Shown: piece after piece, positions 38,856 to 43,944 of the stretch
Numbering within the stretch: the first letter of the stretch is position 1
Layout of the letters: each line of letters begins with the position of its first letter
From: an uncultured Muribaculaceae bacterium
Lineage (GTDB): Bacteria > Bacillota_I > Bacilli_A > RF39 > UBA660
Direction of reading: 5' to 3'
Length of the DNA: 43,944 nt
NCBI GenBank assembly: GCA_964565085.1
Contig: CAZMCS010000001.1
Span: 1-43,944 of the forward strand
Notes under the pieces: model-generated
Seen by the model: the letters and a program-made list of their open reading frames with translations, nothing else
Databases searched by the model: none
Told to the model about the DNA's origin: nothing
Position numbers and translations under genes: made by a program

Positions 38856-39641
38856 ATGATTAATATTGGTGATTATGTATCTAGAAAATCTTATAATCAC
38901 GATATAATATTTGAAGTAATTGATATTAAAAACAATATGTGTATTTTAAGTGGTATAGATTTTAGATTAATAGCAGATGCCAATATTGAAGATTTAGTAG
39001 TAGTAGATAAAAAAACATTTAAATGTGATGATGATTATGCCAGAATTGTACTAGATGAACAAAATTTAAATCGTGATGATTATTTTTATTTACCTGGAAA
39101 GATTCTACATATTGATGGAGATAGCAACTATTTAAAAAGATGTATAGATTTTTATAAAAAAGCAGGTGTTCTTGCATATGGAAAAAAAGTTAACGAGAGC
39201 GAGGTTTCTGAAATTTTACCAAAATACTTAAAGCAGGTTAATCCAGATATTTTGATTATAACTGGACATGACGCTTATTATAAAAAACGTGTTGGCGAAA
39301 CCGATATGTATAAAAACAGTTCTAATTTTATAGATGCAGTAAAAGAAGCAAGGAGATTTGCGAGAACTCCAGAAGACTTAATTATTATAGCTGGAGCTTG
39401 TCAAAGTAATTATGAAGAACTTATAAAAGCGGGTGCAACATTTGCATCTAGTCCAAAAAGAATAAATATTCACGCATTAGATCCTGCTATAATTGCGACG
39501 ACACTTAGTTTAAGTGATAGAAATCAAGAAGTTAATCTAATTAAGTTACTATCTAAAACAAAATATGGAAAAGATGGAATGGGCGGTTTAAAATCTAAAG
39601 GAACAATGTTTGTTGGATACCCTAGAAATGGGGAAAAATGA
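38856..39641 (+). CDS. yabG: Sporulation-specific protease YabG (peptidase U57)
   Basis: IGDYVSRKSYNHDIIFEV, LHIDGD, DILIITGHDAY, ACQSNYE. In rsmA-yabG-veg synteny. The ATG at 38856 follows TAGGTGA. Confidence 0.88.
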   Translation: MINIGDYVSRKSYNHDIIFEVIDIKNNMCILSGIDFRLIADANIEDLVVVDKKTFKCDDDYARIVLDEQNLNRDDYFYLPGKILHIDGDSNYLKRCIDFYKKAGVLAYGKKVNESEVSEILPKYLKQVNPDILIITGHDAYYKKRVGETDMYKNSSNFIDAVKEARRFARTPEDLIIIAGACQSNYEELIKAGATFASSPKRINIHALDPAIIATTLSLSDRNQEVNLIKLLSKTKYGKDGMGGLKSKGTMFVGYPRNGEK

Positions 39642-39850
39642 ATATAGAAAACGTTGAAAGCGATATAAGGAAAATAATTGGTAAAAAAGTTCAAGCAAAA
39701 GTAAATATTGGCAGAAATAAATACGAGATATTTGAAGGAATTATTGAGAATGCATATCCTTTTTTATTTATTTTAAGGTTAAAAAATGAAATTAAGTCTT
39801 TTTCGTATGTTGATGTATTGACAAAAGATATCATAATAAAGTTAATTTAA
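39638..39850 (+). CDS. veg: Veg protein (biofilm/sporulation-associated small DNA-binding protein)
   Basis: 70 aa, IRKIIGKKVQAKVNIGRNKYEIFEGIIENAYPFLFIL...FSYVDVLTKDI matches the Veg family pattern. Confidence 0.88.
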   Translation: MNIENVESDIRKIIGKKVQAKVNIGRNKYEIFEGIIENAYPFLFILRLKNEIKSFSYVDVLTKDIIIKLI

Positions 39851-39860
39851 TATAAAATAC

Positions 39861-39889
39861 TTGATTTAATTTTTACTATGATGTAAAAT
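39861..39889 (+). promoter_or_regulatory. Putative promoter of spoVG
   Basis: TTGATT (39861-39866), 17 nt, TAAAAT (39884-39889), ~35 nt upstream of the GTG start. Confidence 0.4.
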
Positions 39890-39924
39890 TAAAGTTGAGT
39901 TTATAGCTTAAGGAGGAATGTTCT

Positions 39925-40212
39925 GTGAAGATAACAGAAATCAAGATACGAAAAATTGATAAAGAGAATTCTCGTATGAAAGGAATTGCATCAGTTATAT
40001 TAGATGGGGAATTTGCTGTGCATGATATTAGAATCATTAGTGGGGACAAAGGATTATTTATAGCAATGCCTAGTCGTAAAACAGCGACTGGTAATTATAG
40101 AGATACTGCTCATCCATTAAACCAAGAAGTTAGAAGTATGTTTGAAAGAGAAATATTAGATGCATATGAAAAGGCAGAAGACGAAGTAACAGAATCTGAT
40201 GATGAAGAATAA
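39925..40212 (+). CDS. spoVG: Septation/sporulation regulator SpoVG
   Basis: MKITEIKIRKI...KGIASVILDGEFAVHDIRII.GDKGLFIAMPSRKT..G.YRDTAHPLNQE. GTG start 8 nt after AAGGAGG. Acidic tail. Confidence 0.95.
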   Translation: MKITEIKIRKIDKENSRMKGIASVILDGEFAVHDIRIISGDKGLFIAMPSRKTATGNYRDTAHPLNQEVRSMFEREILDAYEKAEDEVTESDDEE

Positions 40213-40213
40213 G

Positions 40214-40241
40214 ACTCTATAAAAAATATAGAGTTTTTTTG
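40214..40241 (+). terminator. Rho-independent terminator after spoVG
   Basis: ACTCTATA, AAAAA loop, TATAGAGT, followed by T7. Confidence 0.7.
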
Positions 40242-40286
40242 TGCTATTTTTTTCTTTTCTTCATATTCTTTTATTAAGGAGGATTT

Positions 40287-40580
40287 ATGGACAAGACTAG
40301 TAGCATAGAAAATAATATCAATCACAGTATACAAATTAGTGATCGAAAAAACATAGTAATAACAGGTGTAAAAAAATTAGATAATTTTGATAGTAGAGAA
40401 TTCTTTGTTGAAACAGTTTTAGGATTTATTTTAATTAAAGGTGAAGATTTAGAATTGGTAAAATTAGATACTTTTCAAGGAACTTTATCTATAAAAGGGA
40501 AATTAAACTATTTAAATTACTTGGAAGAAGGAAGTAAGAAAGTAAAAGCAGAAAGTGTTTTTGCTAAATTATTTAAATGA
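40287..40580 (+). CDS. yabP: Sporulation protein YabP
   Basis: ISDRKNIVITGVKKLDNFDSREFFVETVLGFILIKGEDLELVKLD..GTLSIKGKLNYLNY matches the YabP/YqfC pattern. SD AAGGAGG. Confidence 0.9.
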   Translation: MDKTSSIENNINHSIQISDRKNIVITGVKKLDNFDSREFFVETVLGFILIKGEDLELVKLDTFQGTLSIKGKLNYLNYLEEGSKKVKAESVFAKLFK

Positions 40581-40891
40581 ATTTGGAACAACAATTGTTG
40601 TCATTAATCTTTTCTCTTATTTATGGAATCTTTTCAGCATACATATATAATCTTAATTATAAATTTATTTATAAAACTGATATTCTCTATAAAATCTTAA
40701 TTAACTTTTTATTTGTCACAAACTTATTTCTGTTATATTTTATACTACTATCGTTAATTAATAATGGTGTAATTCATTTTTACTTATTGTTAGTTTCTTT
40801 AATAAGTTTTTTAATATTTAGTAAAAAATATCAAAAGTTAAGAAATATATTTAAATTAAGACAAAGAATTGTAAAACAAATACACGAATAA
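40577..40891 (+). CDS. yabQ: Spore cortex biosynthesis membrane protein YabQ
   Basis: A ~104-aa polytopic membrane protein, translationally coupled to yabP (ATGA overlap). Conserved yabP-yabQ-divIC order. Confidence 0.8.
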   Translation: MNLEQQLLSLIFSLIYGIFSAYIYNLNYKFIYKTDILYKILINFLFVTNLFLLYFILLSLINNGVIHFYLLLVSLISFLIFSKKYQKLRNIFKLRQRIVKQIHE

Positions 40892-40942
40892 TTGTAAATT
40901 TTAAGAATAAGTGATATACTTTTATTATAATTGGAGGCTTCT

Positions 40943-41230
40943 ATGAAAAGAGTATCTAAAAAAGATAAAAGAAGATTACTAGTTTTAGTTTTAATTTTTA
41001 TTCCATTGCTTACTTTTTTTGTAAGTAATATGTTTAGTTACTGGTCTCAAATATATAGAAATGTAAAAGAAACAAAAGAACTTGGAAAAGAATATATTAA
41101 TATATTAAATGAAGAAGAGATTTTGAAAAGTGAAATACAAAAACTACAGGATATAGATTATGTTGCAAAATATGCAAGAGAAAAATATCTATATTCAAAA
41201 GATGGAGAAATAATAATTAAACTTGATTGA
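40943..41230 (+). CDS. divIC: Septum formation initiator DivIC/FtsB family
   Basis: Basic N-terminus, single TM, coiled coil (EEEILKSEIQKLQD), then DYVAKYAREKY. The ATG at 40943 follows GGAGG. Confidence 0.85.
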   Translation: MKRVSKKDKRRLLVLVLIFIPLLTFFVSNMFSYWSQIYRNVKETKELGKEYINILNEEEILKSEIQKLQDIDYVAKYAREKYLYSKDGEIIIKLD

Positions 41231-41260
41231 ATGTATGTAAAAAATATTTAAATGATAACA

Positions 41261-41289
41261 AAAAACTCTTAAAATTTAAGAGTTTTTTT
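41261..41289. terminator. Bidirectional terminator between divIC and nrdJ
   Basis: AAAAAACTCTTAAA-A-TTTAAGAGTTTTTTT: a perfect stem flanked by an A-run and a T-run. Confidence 0.75.
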
Positions 41290-43819
41290 ATAATCCACAC
41301 TTTAGTTGCGCACCACAATTAGAACAAGTGTTACATCCTCCAGAATCTATTACTTCTCCTTCATTACATATTGGACATAAGTTTCCAACTTCAACTCCAA
41401 TATCTTTTCCAATTTTAGTTCTAGGAGGATTTACATCTGGTGCTTTAACTTCATCAAAATTTAATTCTAATCCTAATTGTTCTATTTTTCTTTCTACTTT
41501 TGTTTCGGTTTGATCATTATTTGTAAGAGTTAATACTTGAGTATCTCTAGAACCATCTACATAAACAGTTCCGCCTTTAGCGCCGCCTTTATATAAATAT
41601 TCATACACTTTTTCAACATCTCTAACAGTAAATCCTTTGGGTGCATTAACTGTTTTCGAAATAGATGAATCTACCCAATTTTGAATAATACATTGTATTT
41701 CAGCATGTTCTTCTGGAGTCAGTTCCATTGCACTTACAAAAGTTTTAGGTAAATCTTTATCTTTATATTCAGGGTGAATTTTTAAATACTCATCAACAAT
41801 TTCTGCATTAACTTCAACAAATTTTCCAAATCTTCCGCTTCTATAATATTTAAATGAGAAATATGGTTCAAGCCCAGTTGAAACTCCAACCATTGTACCA
41901 GTCGTACCTGTTGGTGCAATAGTAAGCAAGTGAGAGTTCCTTATTCCATATTTTAATATATCATCTCTAATTTCTTCAGGTAATTTTTTAACATAACCTG
42001 TTTCTACAAAAGCTTCTCTTTTTTCTAAGAAAGGAAACGAACCTTTTTCTTTAGCAAGGTCAACGCTAGTCTTATAAGCTGTTATTGCTATTGTTTCCAT
42101 CAATTTATCAATAAGTTTATTTCCTGAAGCACTACCATATTTTTTGTTACACCAAATTAATAAATCATGAAGACCCATTATGCCCAATCCAACTCTTCTT
42201 TCACCTAATGCTTGGACTTCATTTTCTTTTAAGAAATATGGAGTTGTATCAATAATGTTATCCTGAAGTCTAACTCCTAATTTAACTGTTTCTTTTAATT
42301 TATCCCAAAGAACTTCTTCTTTTTCTCTATCTACCATATTTGCCAGATTTATTGCGGCCAGGTTACAAACAGAATAAGGAGCTAAAGGTTGCTCTCCACA
42401 AGGATTTGTTGCTACCACTTGTTGACCATACGCTTTTGCATTTGTCATTTTATTAGCATTATCTATAAAAAATATTCCTGGTTCTGCTGAATATGTTGCA
42501 CATATATTTATTAAATCCCATAATACTTTCGCTTTAATTTTTTTATAAGTTTTTACTGGATATCCAAGTTTTTTCCATTCTCTATAATCTCCTATATGAT
42601 ACCAGTTATTATCATAAAATTCTTTTTCTTCATCATTTAAATTATCTAAATCAGGAAAAACTAATTCAAAGTTCTTATCATGTTCTACTGCATCCATAAA
42701 TTCTTCGGTTAATGTTACTGATATATTAGCTCCACTCAAGTAATCAGGAGAATTTACTTCGTAATGCCCACCTTCTTTTAATTTTTCTTTAGCTTCCTCA
42801 TATATTTTTACAGAGCATGATTTTTTATTTTTTTCAAAATTAGTTACAATTGTCTCATATAATTCTTTTTCAATAGTTTTTAGAGGAATAAACTTTAATT
42901 TTTCTTTAGCAAGATTAACAATATCTACATCGTCAAAATGTTCAATTAAAAATTGTAGAATTTTTGGATTTTGCATTTTTGAAATTATAAACTCAATAAT
43001 ATCTGGATGCCAGATTGATAACATTATCATTTGAGCTCCGCGTCTAGAACCACCCTGCTCAACTAAGTGAGTAAGTTGCGATAAATCATGTAGCCATGAA
43101 ACAGATCCACTACTTTTACCCCCTACTGATTTAGCTCGTGTATTTTTTGGTCTTAAGGTTGAACCATTAGTTCCAACACCTCCACCTCTACTCATTATTT
43201 CCATTACTTCTTTTCTATGATCAGCTATTCCGTTTCTAGAGTCTTTCATAAATGGCATAACAAAGCAGTTAAAAAAAGTAACACCACTTCCTGAACCAGC
43301 CCCATAAAGAACTCTGCCTGCAGGGACAAAATCTAAATCCTTTAATGCAATATAAAATTTCTCAAACCATTCATTTCTAAGTTCTTCGCTTTTTTCACAT
43401 CTACTTAAACTATAAGAAATCCTTTTTGCTATTTGCTCATAATAAAGTTCTAAAGGTTTCTCTATTTCATTTTTTCTTCTTTTAATTATCCCACTCTTGT
43501 GTTCTTCTTCATCATCAAGAGCATGTCTAAATTCAACTTCTATTTCAAGTTCTACCCAATCTTCTTCTAAGAATTTAGTAACTTTTCCTAATCCTCTTAC
43601 TGGAAATTTAGGATCGTTTTTTACAATTGTTATGATAAAATCTCCAACTTTTAAAGTGGCTAAGCTTTTATCTTTTTGACTGTATCTATCAATCATTACT
43701 AATCTTCCTACACCTTTATGTGTATTCTTCATGTCTTCAGTAATTTCAAATATATTAGGAAAATACTTTTTTATATCTTTGTTTAAATTTGTTATTAAAA
43801 CATCATCGTATTTTTGCAT
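41288..43819 (-). CDS. nrdJ: Adenosylcobalamin-dependent (class II) ribonucleotide reductase with a C-terminal zinc ribbon
   Basis: NPCGEQPLAPYSVCNLA active-site loop, TIAPTGTTG, SKTVN, C-terminal CPICNEG...CNTCSNCG. 843 aa. There is no adjacent nrdB-type small subunit. Confidence 0.88.
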   Translation of the reverse strand: MQKYDDVLITNLNKDIKKYFPNIFEITEDMKNTHKGVGRLVMIDRYSQKDKSLATLKVGDFIITIVKNDPKFPVRGLGKVTKFLEEDWVELEIEVEFRHALDDEEEHKSGIIKRRKNEIEKPLELYYEQIAKRISYSLSRCEKSEELRNEWFEKFYIALKDLDFVPAGRVLYGAGSGSGVTFFNCFVMPFMKDSRNGIADHRKEVMEIMSRGGGVGTNGSTLRPKNTRAKSVGGKSSGSVSWLHDLSQLTHLVEQGGSRRGAQMIMLSIWHPDIIEFIISKMQNPKILQFLIEHFDDVDIVNLAKEKLKFIPLKTIEKELYETIVTNFEKNKKSCSVKIYEEAKEKLKEGGHYEVNSPDYLSGANISVTLTEEFMDAVEHDKNFELVFPDLDNLNDEEKEFYDNNWYHIGDYREWKKLGYPVKTYKKIKAKVLWDLINICATYSAEPGIFFIDNANKMTNAKAYGQQVVATNPCGEQPLAPYSVCNLAAINLANMVDREKEEVLWDKLKETVKLGVRLQDNIIDTTPYFLKENEVQALGERRVGLGIMGLHDLLIWCNKKYGSASGNKLIDKLMETIAITAYKTSVDLAKEKGSFPFLEKREAFVETGYVKKLPEEIRDDILKYGIRNSHLLTIAPTGTTGTMVGVSTGLEPYFSFKYYRSGRFGKFVEVNAEIVDEYLKIHPEYKDKDLPKTFVSAMELTPEEHAEIQCIIQNWVDSSISKTVNAPKGFTVRDVEKVYEYLYKGGAKGGTVYVDGSRDTQVLTLTNNDQTETKVERKIEQLGLELNFDEVKAPDVNPPRTKIGKDIGVEVGNLCPICNEGEVIDSGGCNTCSNCGAQLKCGL

Positions 43820-43944
43820 ACGCTTACCACCTCACCAATATTATCAATATATAACAAGTTTTGTAAAAAAACAATAGATTTTCAAAAATAATATAAATTG
43901 AAATATTAAGTGTCCGCTTTTTTGATACAAGATTAATTAAGTTA

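Noticed and set aside
43820-43900. An NrdR box upstream of nrdJ (CAATATATAACAAG region).
   Set aside because: Only one half of the expected 16-bp palindrome (ACACWATATATWGTGT-like) matches. No second box at the usual spacing is visible within the window.

Overview
This is a very AT-rich, origin-proximal chromosome segment from a spore-forming, low-GC Firmicute. It has the classic oriC neighbourhood. On the minus strand: noc-like parB, rsmG, mnmG, mnmE, jag, yidC, rnpA and rpmH. Then a DnaA-box cluster, followed on the plus strand by dnaA, dnaN, recF, gyrB and gyrA. Downstream are a small SRP RNA, tadA, dnaX, ybaB, recR, bofA, holB, ricT/yaaT, pth, mfd, spoVT, tatD, rsmA, yabG, veg, spoVG, yabP, yabQ and divIC. 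A convergent class II ribonucleotide reductase closes the right end. The left end carries spoIID (partial), rpiB, rpmE, murA, fba, mntP-like, spoIIR, prmC, prfA, rpoE (RNAP delta) and a class A PBP. RpoE and ComK alongside many sporulation genes suggest a Bacilli- or Erysipelotrichia-like lineage; this is inference only. I saw no rRNA, tRNA, CRISPR array or obvious mobile element. Standard code 11 fits all long ORFs. The most interesting signal is non-coding. Two perfect ParB parS sites (TGTTTCACGTGAAACA) and four perfect Noc-binding sites (NBS, TATTTCCCGGGAAATA) occur in the window. Two parS-NBS pairs are arranged as tandem composite modules just after gyrA. Only one ParB/Noc-family gene is present, with no soj/parA or second parB beside it. 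That protein has Noc-type specificity residues, no N-terminal membrane-targeting helix and a long acidic insertion. Secondary observations are a start-less HNH-like reading frame inserted between jag and mnmE, and a comK-like gene in the dnaN-recF gap preceded by two perfect Spo0A boxes. Others are a bipartite oriC with a recurrent TTATTAACA motif, and a minimal SRP RNA in a sporulation-gene context. All homology calls come from motif recognition by eye on the supplied translations. No database searches were run.
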